NCBI GenBank assembly: GCA_044226625.1
Contig: JBGAGQ010000057.1
Coordinates: 1-38,763 of the forward strand
Length of the DNA: 38,763 bases
Source: Thermoanaerobaculia bacterium
Lineage (GTDB): Bacteria > Acidobacteriota > Thermoanaerobaculia > Multivoradales > UBA5704
Direction: 5' to 3'
Part shown: one piece after another, positions 26,545 to 34,055 of the stretch
Layout of the letters: each line of letters opens with the position of its first letter
Position numbering within the stretch: position 1 is the stretch's first letter
Translations under genes and position numbers: made by a program
Notes under the pieces: generated by a model
Seen by the model: the letters and a program-made list of their open reading frames with translations, nothing else
What the model was told of the DNA's origin: nothing
Database searches by the model: none

Positions 26545-27779
26545 GGCACCACCACGGTCGGGGCGGCATAGCGCCCGAACGTCGGGCTGGTCGGATCCTC
26601 GTCGAGGACCAGTGTGCTCGTCGCGCCGTCGACCGCGATCCGCACGAGGTAGGTCCCGGCCGGTATGCCTTCGGCCGAGAAGACCAGCCGCTTGCTCTCG
26701 ACCGACGCGAGGAACGAAACCGAGTAGCCGGCCGGAGGCTCCGACGGTGAGGTCGAGGCGGTCGAGTCGAGATAGAGCGAGACCTGTTGGCCGGCGACCA
26801 CCGCGGGAGAGACGGGCACCAGGATCGCCGGCTGCGGCAGGGAGGGCGCGTCGGCCGCGTAGCTCGGCGCGCCGTCGATCCGCGGCCTCAGCATCACTGC
26901 GGCGGGGTTCGATTCGGCGGAGTGGTCCGTCCGCGTCGAGGTCTGAACCACCCGAACGGAGACCGGGCCGGCCGCGAGGCCGGATGGCAATGCCACGGTA
27001 ATCGCGCCGGGCGCCATCGAGCTGGGCGGTACGGCGAGCTCCGCGCCAGAGATCGCCGAGGCGAGCCGCACGGTCGAGGCCGAACCGCCGAGCTCCGCGC
27101 CGCGGATCTCGAACGTCGTTCCCGGAGCGTCGTCGATCACGGTGGGCTCGATCGCGTCGATCCGCGGTCGGGTGGACGACGGAAGCACCGAAAGCGCCAT
27201 CCGCCGGATCGGCAGAACGGGGCCGGGCAGCGGAACGGTCGAATCGATCAGGACGGCCGAGGCCTTGTAGACCGCAGAGAGAGCGTAGGGGATCTGGAAC
27301 ATCGTCCAGAGCTTCGACAGCTCGTCGAGCGTAAGCGCGATCGGAACGTAGGACGGCGGCCCGGGCGCCTGGACCAGCTCGGCGCGTGGCGAGAACGGGC
27401 CACCCGGCCGTTGGACGATCCCCGTGGGGGCGAGCGGCGCGGGATTCGCCGTCAACGCCGCGACGACCGCACCGAGCATCAGCTCGGGCACCTGCTCGCT
27501 CTCGTCGCCGAAAAACGACAAGAGGTAATAGAGGTCGAGGGCGGTGCGCGGGCGCTGGACGAACGTACCGTCCGCGCGGCGCGTGGGGACGTCGCTGTTC
27601 CGCCACTGCGGGTTCGGGGCGACCTGGTAGAGGAAGATGTTGACGATCGGCCCCGAGGTGCCGGTCGAGGGGCGCTCCGGCCGGCCCGTCCGGGTGACCG
27701 CCCCGAGCGAGTTCACGGCCGTCTGCAGGATGTCCTGGAGCGACAGGGTGACGGCGGCCAACGCCCGAAAGTCGCTCAT
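26541..27779 (-). CDS. DUF4255 / Afp16-Pvc16-like tail terminator with C-terminal IPT/TIG-like domains
   Basis: 'ALAAVT..L..IL', 'VNIFLYQVAPNPQWRN.D.P', 'ALDLYYLLSF.G', 'DELSKLW..F..PY.LS..Y..S.VLI'. Start reassigned to ATG 27779 (ATGA overlap). Confidence 0.88.
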   Translation of the reverse strand: MSDFRALAAVTLSLQDILQTAVNSLGAVTRTGRPERPSTGTSGPIVNIFLYQVAPNPQWRNSDVPTRRADGTFVQRPRTALDLYYLLSFFGDESEQVPELMLGAVVAALTANPAPLAPTGIVQRPGGPFSPRAELVQAPGPPSYVPIALTLDELSKLWTMFQIPYALSAVYKASAVLIDSTVPLPGPVLPIRRMALSVLPSSTRPRIDAIEPTVIDDAPGTTFEIRGAELGGSASTVRLASAISGAELAVPPSSMAPGAITVALPSGLAAGPVSVRVVQTSTRTDHSAESNPAAVMLRPRIDGAPSYAADAPSLPQPAILVPVSPAVVAGQQVSLYLDSTASTSPSEPPAGYSVSFLASVESKRLVFSAEGIPAGTYLVRIAVDGATSTLVLDEDPTSPTFGRYAAPTVVVP

Positions 27780-30700
27780 CGCCTTCCCCTCCGCTCGGCC
27801 AGATAGTCCGCGAGCGACGGCACGCTCGGTCGCCGCGGAGCCGGCTTCGGCGGCTTCACGGTTTCGGTGACCCGGATTTCCACTCGGCCGATCGAGATCC
27901 GAACCGTCGCCGGCCGGGCCTGGCGCTGCTCGCCCTCGGCGTCGGCGCGCTCCGGCTCGAAACTCCGGTGCCGCGCGGGCGGGCTTTCGAGCGGAGCTTC
28001 TTGTGGGGAGGTCGATCGGCGGGGCGGCGGCGCGAGCGCGGCGATCTTCTCCTCCGCTTGCGGGAGGATCGGCCGGAGGGCTTCCGATTCGAGATCGGTG
28101 GGGCCATCCACTTCGGCGATCAGCGGTGCTTTTCTTCCTCCCCCCTTGTGGGGGAGGACCGAGGAGGGGGGCTCTTCTAGGTTGGACGCCTGTCGAGCTG
28201 GACTGGCCGGTTCGGTGGCGGCGGTAGTGACCTCGACGGAGGGCGGAGGAACCGGAAGGGCGCCGGTAAGTTCGAGGCTCGCCGGAGGCGCTGGCTCCGC
28301 GGAAAAGCGCTGGATGGGGGCGCGCGCTGCCGGGGGACTGAGCTCGGGCGAAGAAGCATGGGCAGGACGCTCTGGCCACGGGATAGCACCTCGGCGCGCT
28401 GTCGCACCTGCTGGGCTCTCGGCCGCTTGCTGCGCGTGAGGGTTTGGCTGAGGAGCCGGTGAGAGATTGTTGGATCGAGGCGTGGCTGGAGCGGTGGGCT
28501 CCAAGCCGGGCCGTTGGTGGCCGGCGTCGCGGCCGTGAGATGTCAGCGAGGGAGGGGCGGCCGAATCGGCGGCGCCGAGATCCGCGCTCTGAGCCGGCCT
28601 AACCGACGGTTCCAAGGGGGTGGTGTGAGACTCTTTGGATCGGCGAAGGGGCGGAATAGGGAAGGCTCTTTCGTCCCTTTCTGATCGGGCGGCAATTGGG
28701 GTTTCTGGCAGGCTGGATGGGACTTGATCTGCCGATTCGCCAGCGCGACGCCCTTGCGCCGAAGCCTTTGGGATCTTTTGGTCAGCCTTCGTGTCGAGCG
28801 GTTCCTGGAGGATCTCCGAGTGGGTCAAATCCGCATCCGTTGCCGGCCCGCCGACGCGGGTCGGTTGGATCGGGATCGTCGAATCCGTCGTCTCGCGAGT
28901 GGTCGGACGGAGGATCGTCGGGGCCGATTCTTGCCTGGCTCGACTTTGGGTCGCCGAATCGGCTGCTTCCCACGTAGGGACGGAGCTAGCCTCCGCCCGT
29001 GGAGTTCTCGGTTCTTGGGCGGAGGCAAGCTCCGCCCCTACGGTGTGCGAGCCCTCTTGCGGCGCCGGGACGACACGTTCCGTCGAGTCCGAGGAAAGCT
29101 GAGCACGATGTGCCGGCGGGAGCTCGCTCGAGTGCTGCGCAGGTCGAGAGGGCCTCCCTTCGCCGACCCGGTGGCGGTCCTCCTCCCCTCGGTGAGCTTT
29201 TGTCGTCGAAGGCGAGGTAGCCGAGCCGTCCGTGCCGAGATCGAAAGGCGGACGGCCTTCGTCGCCGCGGTGCGTTCTTGTCGCCGAGGGTGAAGTGGCC
29301 GAACCGTTCGTACCGAGATCAGAAGGTGGTTGGCCTACGTCCCCTCCGCGCGTTCTTGTCTGCGAGGTAGGGATGGCGGAGCGGACCGTGTCGAGATCGG
29401 TTCGTTCGCGACCTTCGTCGCCTCGATGGGCTTGGGTTGGAGAGGCGGCAGAGCCTTCGGTATCGAGGTTCGCCTTCGGCGTCGCCGGAATCGTTGGCCA
29501 AGAAGCCGCTTGTCTCTCCTCGTCCCGCTGGAGAGGGGCCGAGCGCGAGGGCTGCGCCGTAAGCTCTGTTTCAGGCGTCCTTTCGATCGGCCCGGTGGAG
29601 CGGTTCTCGCGGAATGAACCCGCTGTTGGCGAACTCTCGTCGGCGTCTGTGGAGGTCCTTTGAATCGGAAGACTCGGATTGGCCGATTCCCGCGTAGGGG
29701 CGGAGCTTGCCTCCGGCCGCGGAGGTCTCCCCTCGGGCTCCGACCCTACGGCGCGCGAGCCCTGTTGCGGCGATGCAGCAACGCGTTCCGCCGATTCCTT
29801 CGGGGGAACTTGAGCGCGAACAGCGGGCGGCACATCGCTCGAGTCCCGTGATGGTGGTGTCGGTTGCCCTTCGCCGAGCCTCTCTTCCCCCCGGTGAGCT
29901 ATTGCCGTCGAGGACGAGGTGACCGGATCGTCTGTGGCGAGATCCAGAGGTGGAAGGCCTTCGTCCCTTCGGTGAGCTCTTGTCAGCGAGGGAGAGGTAG
30001 CCGGACCGGTCGTGCCGAGATCGGTTCGTTCGTGGCCTTCGTCCCCTCGGTGAGCTGCTGTCAAGGAGGGGAGTGTGGCCAGATCTGCGGAGCCGAGAAC
30101 GGTGTGTTCGCGGTCTTCGCCGTTTCGGTGAGCTTGAGTTGACGAGGGAGTTTCGCCGGGGTTCACGCTCCGCGTCGCCGGATTCGTAGGCCGAGAAACC
30201 GCTTGTCTCCCCTCTCCCCGTGGAAGAGGAGCCGGGGAAGAGGGCAGATCTGCGGCTTCCGCCTGCACCGCCGTTTCGGGCCCGAAGGAGCTGCCTTCGG
30301 AGGCACCCTGCGCTCTTCCCAGACCTTCCGCGGCATCGATTGTGGCCGCCCTTTGAATCGGAAGACTCGAATCGGCGGCATCCCGCGTAGGGGCGGACCT
30401 TGCCTCCGCCCGCGGAGGTCGAGGTTCTCGAGCGGAGGCAAGCTCCGTTCCTACGGCATGCGGGTGCTCTTGTCGCGGAGGAATCGGATCGGGAAGGTTG
30501 GGCGGCCGCTCGTTCGAACCCAGCGTAAGCCGAGCCGGATGCTCTTTGACGGGCCGTTCGCGGTCCTCCTCCCCTCGGTGAGTTTTTTTCGCCGAGGGTG
30601 AAGCGGCCGAGCCGTCTGTGCCGAGATCGAGAGGTGGGAGGTCTTCGTCCCCTCGGTGAGCCTCTGTCAGCGAAGGAGGGGTCGCCGGAGGGACTGTGCT

Positions 30701-32740
30701 GAGATCGGTTCGCTCGCGGTCCTCCTCCCCTCGGTGAGCCTTTGTCAGTGAGGGAGAAGTGACCGGGCCGGCAGAGCCGAGATCGGTTCGCTCAAGGCCT
30801 TCGCCGCCAGATTGAGCGCTCGCAGGTGAGACGGCAGGAACCTCGGTTTTGAGATCCGCGCTCCGCGTCGCCGAAATCGTTTGCGCTTCTTGCGGACCCA
30901 CTTCGAACTCAGCGAGGTGTGCCCTCTGGATCGGAAGACTCGAATCGGCCGATTCCCGCGTAGGGGCGGAGCTTGCCTCCGCCCGCGGCGGTCGCGGCTC
31001 TCGGGCGGAGGCCAGCTCCGCCCCTACGGCGTGCGAGTCCTCGTGCGGTGCCGTGGGAACGACGCGCTTCATCGCCTCCGAGGGAGGAAGCTGATCTCGA
31101 CCCGTGGGTGGCAGCTCGCTCGAACCCTGCGCAGGTCGAGCCGGGTGCCATTCGCCGGGCCGCTCGCCCTCCTCCTCCCTTCGGTGAGTTTTTGTCAGCG
31201 AGGGAGGGGTGGCCGGACCGGCCGAGCCGAGATCAAGTCGTTCGAGACCTTCGTCTCCTCGGTGAGCGCTTGCGGGCGAGACGTCAGAGTTCTTCCCTTC
31301 GAGATTCGCGCTCCGCGTCGGGCCGATCGTTGGCTGAGGAGCGGCATCTCTCCCTTCCCCCCATTGAAGAGGAGCCGGGCCAGAGGGCTTAGCTGCCGAA
31401 GCAGGCCGTTCTCCCGGTCCCTTGCCGTCCCTCTCGAAGGGCGATTGAGCCGTTTCCCGATTTTGCCCTTCGTTGCCAGCGGTCGCCCTCTGGACTGGAA
31501 GGCTAGATTCGGCACTTGCCTCCGCCCGCGGAGGTCTCGTCTCTCGGGCGGAGGCAAGCTCCGTCCCTACGTCGCGTGGGCCCTCGTCTGGCGCCACGCT
31601 CGGACCCTGTGCCGGCCGAACCGGATGCACTTCGCCGAGCCGCTCGCGATCCTCTTCCCCTCGGTGAGTTTTTGTCGCCAAGGGTGAGTTAGCCGAGCTG
31701 TTCGTGCCGAGATCGAGAGATGGGAGGCCTTCGTTCCCTCGGTGAGTTCTTGTCAGAGAGGGAGAGGTGGCCGGACCGCCAGTGTCGAGATCGGTTCGCT
31801 CGCGACCTTCGTCGCGTGGGTGAGCGGTTTCGGGCGAAGGGGCGGCGGCAGAGCTCTGTTTGCCCAGCGTCGATGTCGATTGAATCGTGGGCTGGGGAAC
31901 GTCTTGGCCTTCCTCTCCCGAGGGGAGAGCGGTCGGAGGAGATGGCCTAGCCGCCACCTCTGGCGGGACTGTCGTTCCTGCCTTCTCCCTGACGTCGCCT
32001 TCGTGTGCCCCTTGCGTTTCTCTCGGACCTTGTTCGGATTGGGCAGTATGGGACCTCTGGATCGGACTCGAATCGGCCGATCCCCGCGTAGGGGCGGAGC
32101 GTGCCGCCGCCCGCGGGGGCCTCGTCTCTCGGGCGGAGGCAAGCTCCGCCCCTACGTCGCGCGAGCCCTCGTCCGCCGCCGCCGCGCGAGGACCCTGCGC
32201 AGGCTGAGCCGGGTGCCCTTCGCCGAGCCGCTCGCTGCCCTCCTCCCCTCGGTGAGCTTTTGTTTTGGAAGGTGAAGTGGCCGAGCCGTCCGCGCGGCGA
32301 TCGAGCGATGGAAGGCCTTCGTTCTCTCCGTGAGATTCCGACGGCGAGCGATTTTCGCTATCCAGGCTCGTTGATTTCTGCTCGAGCTCTGAGGCTTGCG
32401 CCTTTTCCTCGGGCGCGCCGGGCCGCGGCGCTTCCGCTCCCCGCGGCCGATCGGGCCGAAGCCGCGCGGGCAGCGGCAGCTCGTCCTCGGCAAAGGATCG
32501 CTCCGGCTTCAGAGCTTCGGGCTCGGCCGGTCGGGCCCGCTCCGCCTTCCGGGCCGCTTCCCGCTCCCGTTCGAAAGCGCGCTCTTTCTCCTCCAGTCGT
32601 TGGGGCAGCGGCAGCGAGGGCCCTTCGGGCTCGAGGCCGAAAGGTCGCGTGTCCTCGGCGTATCGCGGGGCGATCCAGGGGCGGACCAGTGGCCCCAGGC
32701 CCAACGCCCGTTCGGCGAGCCGCGTGAAGAAGTCCGGCAT
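27776..32740 (-). CDS. Giant (1654 aa) low-complexity eCIS-associated protein with short ordered termini and a repeat-expanded disordered core
   Basis: Open frame of ~5 kb coupled to DUF4255; N-terminal 'MPDFFTRLAERALG' and C-terminal 'VRISIGRVEIR...PSLADYL' resemble termini of hypothetical proteins in this position of eCIS loci; core rich in P/S/T/E/A/R. Confidence 0.8.
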   Translation of the reverse strand: MPDFFTRLAERALGLGPLVRPWIAPRYAEDTRPFGLEPEGPSLPLPQRLEEKERAFEREREAARKAERARPAEPEALKPERSFAEDELPLPARLRPDRPRGAEAPRPGAPEEKAQASELEQKSTSLDSENRSPSESHGENEGLPSLDRRADGSATSPSKTKAHRGEEGSERLGEGHPAQPAQGPRAAAADEGSRDVGAELASARETRPPRAAARSAPTRGSADSSPIQRSHTAQSEQGPRETQGAHEGDVREKAGTTVPPEVAARPSPPTALPSGEEGQDVPQPTIQSTSTLGKQSSAAAPSPETAHPRDEGRERTDLDTGGPATSPSLTRTHRGNEGLPSLDLGTNSSANSPLATKTHRGEEDRERLGEVHPVRPAQGPSVAPDEGPRDVGTELASARETRPPRAEASAESSLPVQRATAGNEGQNRETAQSPFERDGKGPGERPASAAKPSGPAPLQWGEGRDAAPQPTIGPTRSANLEGKNSDVSPASAHRGDEGLERLDLGSAGPATPPSLTKTHRREEEGERPGEWHPARPAQGSSELPPTGRDQLPPSEAMKRVVPTAPHEDSHAVGAELASAREPRPPRAEASSAPTRESADSSLPIQRAHLAEFEVGPQEAQTISATRSADLKTEVPAVSPASAQSGGEGLERTDLGSAGPVTSPSLTKAHRGEEDRERTDLSTVPPATPPSLTEAHRGDEDLPPLDLGTDGSAASPSAKKTHRGEEDRERPVKEHPARLTLGSNERPPNLPDPIPPRQEHPHAVGTELASAREPRPPRAEARSAPTRDAADSSLPIQRAATIDAAEGLGRAQGASEGSSFGPETAVQAEAADLPSSPAPLPRGEGRQAVSRPTNPATRSVNPGETPSSTQAHRNGEDREHTVLGSADLATLPSLTAAHRGDEGHERTDLGTTGPATSPSLTRAHRRDEGLPPLDLATDDPVTSSSTAIAHRGEERLGEGQPTPPSRDSSDVPPAVRAQVPPKESAERVAASPQQGSRAVGSEPEGRPPRPEASSAPTRESANPSLPIQRTSTDADESSPTAGSFRENRSTGPIERTPETELTAQPSRSAPLQRDEERQAASWPTIPATPKANLDTEGSAASPTQAHRGDEGRERTDLDTVRSAIPTSQTRTRGGDVGQPPSDLGTNGSATSPSATRTHRGDEGRPPFDLGTDGSATSPSTTKAHRGEEDRHRVGEGRPSRPAQHSSELPPAHRAQLSSDSTERVVPAPQEGSHTVGAELASAQEPRTPRAEASSVPTWEAADSATQSRARQESAPTILRPTTRETTDSTIPIQPTRVGGPATDADLTHSEILQEPLDTKADQKIPKASAQGRRAGESADQVPSSLPETPIAARSERDERAFPIPPLRRSKESHTTPLEPSVRPAQSADLGAADSAAPPSLTSHGRDAGHQRPGLEPTAPATPRSNNLSPAPQPNPHAQQAAESPAGATARRGAIPWPERPAHASSPELSPPAARAPIQRFSAEPAPPASLELTGALPVPPPSVEVTTAATEPASPARQASNLEEPPSSVLPHKGGGRKAPLIAEVDGPTDLESEALRPILPQAEEKIAALAPPPRRSTSPQEAPLESPPARHRSFEPERADAEGEQRQARPATVRISIGRVEIRVTETVKPPKPAPRRPSVPSLADYLAERRGRR
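28134..28171. repeat. C-run/G-run hairpin element inside the CDS
   Basis: CCTCCCCC-CTTGT-GGGGGAGG followed by ACCGAGGAGGGGGG; resembles small palindromic intergenic repeats. Confidence 0.55.
28974..29041. repeat. REPIN-like inverted GTAG-REP doublet (intragenic)
   Basis: GTAGGGACGGAGCTAGCCTCCGCCCG ... TGGGCGGAGGCAAGCTCCGCCCCTAC. Confidence 0.8.
29694..29749. repeat. REPIN-like doublet, right arm partly deleted (intragenic)
   Basis: GTAGGGGCGGAGCTTGCCTCCGGCCG ... GGGCTCCGACCCTAC; 12 bp shorter than the full copies. Confidence 0.7.
30387..30454. repeat. REPIN-like inverted GTAG-REP doublet (intragenic)
   Basis: GTAGGGGCGGACCTTGCCTCCGCCCG ... CGAGCGGAGGCAAGCTCCGTTCCTAC. Confidence 0.8.
30960..31027. 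repeat. REPIN-like inverted GTAG-REP doublet (intragenic, best preserved)
   Basis: GTAGGGGCGGAGCTTGCCTCCGCCCG-N16-CGGGCGGAGGCCAGCTCCGCCCCTAC. Confidence 0.85.
31515..31570. repeat. REPIN-like doublet, left arm partly deleted (intragenic)
   Basis: CTTGCCTCCGCCCG ... CGGGCGGAGGCAAGCTCCGTCCCTAC. Confidence 0.7.
32088..32155. repeat. REPIN-like inverted GTAG-REP doublet (intragenic)
   Basis: GTAGGGGCGGAGCGTGCCGCCGCCCG ... CGGGCGGAGGCAAGCTCCGCCCCTAC. Confidence 0.8.
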
Positions 32741-32779
32741 CGAAACGTCCTCAGCGCGGTCGGGAAGTCGCCCCGAGCC

Positions 32780-33463
32780 TCACTCCGAGAGCCTTTCGAG
32801 GTAGGCCTGTCGCCGGGCGGGGCTCATCGCCAGGATCTCGCTCTGGGGCCAGCCGTAGGCGCGCGCGAGGGTGTGGACCTCCCCCAGCAGCCGCTCGGAC
32901 TGCGCGGCGGTCTCGGTCCAGAAGAAGTGGCAGATGTCGAGGTAGGAGGACCAGCCGTGGCCGCAACGGGCGCAGGTGAGGCGCAGCTCCACCTCCGCCT
33001 GCGGATCGTCCGCCATCATCCGCTCGCCGAGCGCCTCGACGAGGGCTTCGGGCATCCGGTCGAGGACCTCGTGGGCGGGAACCGGCTCACCTTCGAGCGA
33101 GGCTTCGAGGATTGCGCGGCGGAGCAGCTCGAAACGCACGGAGGCCACGTCGCGGCGGTTGCCGGCCGTCGCGGCGACCAGGTCTCCTGCCGTGAGCAGC
33201 CGATAGCGGACCGACCAGCCGTCGTGAGCGAGCGTTCCTTCGAGCGGCGGCGGCGCTTCGCCTTCCGGCGTGTAGACGTCGCGGATCGGCAGGGTGAATT
33301 CGAGGCGGGAGTTGCAGACCGGGCACTCGGTCCGGCCGCGGAGGTCGGGCCCGAGCGACCGATCGCGAACCGCGAAGAGCCCGGCGTCCGCGCGGTCGGG
33401 GAGCGGGCGGTGCGCGCCGCGCTCCCAAACCTCGATCAGCCCCTCGGCGGACAGCGAGCGCAC
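32780..33463 (-). CDS. T4 gp26-like baseplate hub assembly protein with two CxxC motifs
   Basis: 'ECPVCNS', 'VRYRLLTAGDL', 'M..DDPQAEVEL.LTCARCGH.W...LDI..FFW', 'EVHTLARAYGW..SEILAMS..RRQAYL'. Confidence 0.8.
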   Translation of the reverse strand: MRSLSAEGLIEVWERGAHRPLPDRADAGLFAVRDRSLGPDLRGRTECPVCNSRLEFTLPIRDVYTPEGEAPPPLEGTLAHDGWSVRYRLLTAGDLVAATAGNRRDVASVRFELLRRAILEASLEGEPVPAHEVLDRMPEALVEALGERMMADDPQAEVELRLTCARCGHGWSSYLDICHFFWTETAAQSERLLGEVHTLARAYGWPQSEILAMSPARRQAYLERLSE

Positions 33464-33466
33464 GGC

Positions 33467-34021
33467 TTACGACGAGGGCTGCGTGAAGCTCGGCAGCGAC
33501 GGTGCGCTCACCGAGTCGTCGCGCGTCCAACCCTCGTTCTGCAGGGTGAGACTTTCGAGCGCCACGGCGTTGGCGCCGCCGTCCAGCTCGGGCATCGCGA
33601 TGTACTCCGAAGGCCAGCAGTTGAAGATGTAGTAGGACATCACCACCTGGCCGGCCTGGTTCATCAGCTGGATGTTGATGTCCTTGCGGAAGTCTTTGAG
33701 CGAGACTTCCTGGCCGAGCTTGCCGGTGTTCGGGTAGTACCAGATCTTGTTCGCCCACTGCTCGAAGGCGACGTCGAACGTGATCCCCCGTTCCAGCGTG
33801 ACCGGGCCGTACTCGGTCTGGCCGGGGAGGCGCCGCACGCCCTGGGGCGCTCCGCCCTCGCGCCACGAGGCGACCTGCGTGGTGCGGGTGAGCGCGCTCA
33901 CCTTGCTCACCATGGCGATGGGGGTGGTTCCCGGCGGCGTCGGGTTCGAGCCCCAGAACACCGCGAACTTGTAGTTCAGGAACGGGTCGACGAGACTGGT
34001 TGCGACGTTCGATGGCGCCAT
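33467..34021 (-). CDS. Contractile tail tube protein (T4 gp19-like; Afp1/5-like)
   Basis: 'DPFLNYKF.V', 'WREGG', 'LPGQTEYGPVTLERGIT', 'FRKDINIQLMN.AG..V..Y...NCWPSEY', 'VALESLTL..EG'. Confidence 0.95.
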   Translation of the reverse strand: MAPSNVATSLVDPFLNYKFAVFWGSNPTPPGTTPIAMVSKVSALTRTTQVASWREGGAPQGVRRLPGQTEYGPVTLERGITFDVAFEQWANKIWYYPNTGKLGQEVSLKDFRKDINIQLMNQAGQVVMSYYIFNCWPSEYIAMPELDGGANAVALESLTLQNEGWTRDDSVSAPSLPSFTQPSS

Positions 34022-34055
34022 GGCGTACCTCTCCTCTGATCTCTCGGTCCTGCGA

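Larger units (their letters stand above)
28500..32340 (-). repeat. Nested coding repeats: ~78-bp (26-aa) units in blocks of 2-4 within ~540-720-bp macro-repeats
   Basis: Recurring 'xHRGxExxxxxDLGTxxxATSPSxTx'; e.g. CGGTGAG at 29970 and 30048 (78 bp apart); about 20 units counted by eye. Confidence 0.88.

Noticed and set aside
26545-28379. N-terminal extensions given by the ORF track for the ATPase, DUF4255, baseplate (19858), DUF6519 (10966) and TssM (2749)
   Set aside because: They overlap upstream genes; internal starts give stop/start coupling or a clear RBS and family-typical N-termini.
28500-32340. CRISPR array
   Set aside because: Repeats are degenerate, in frame and lack unique spacers of uniform length; no cas genes.
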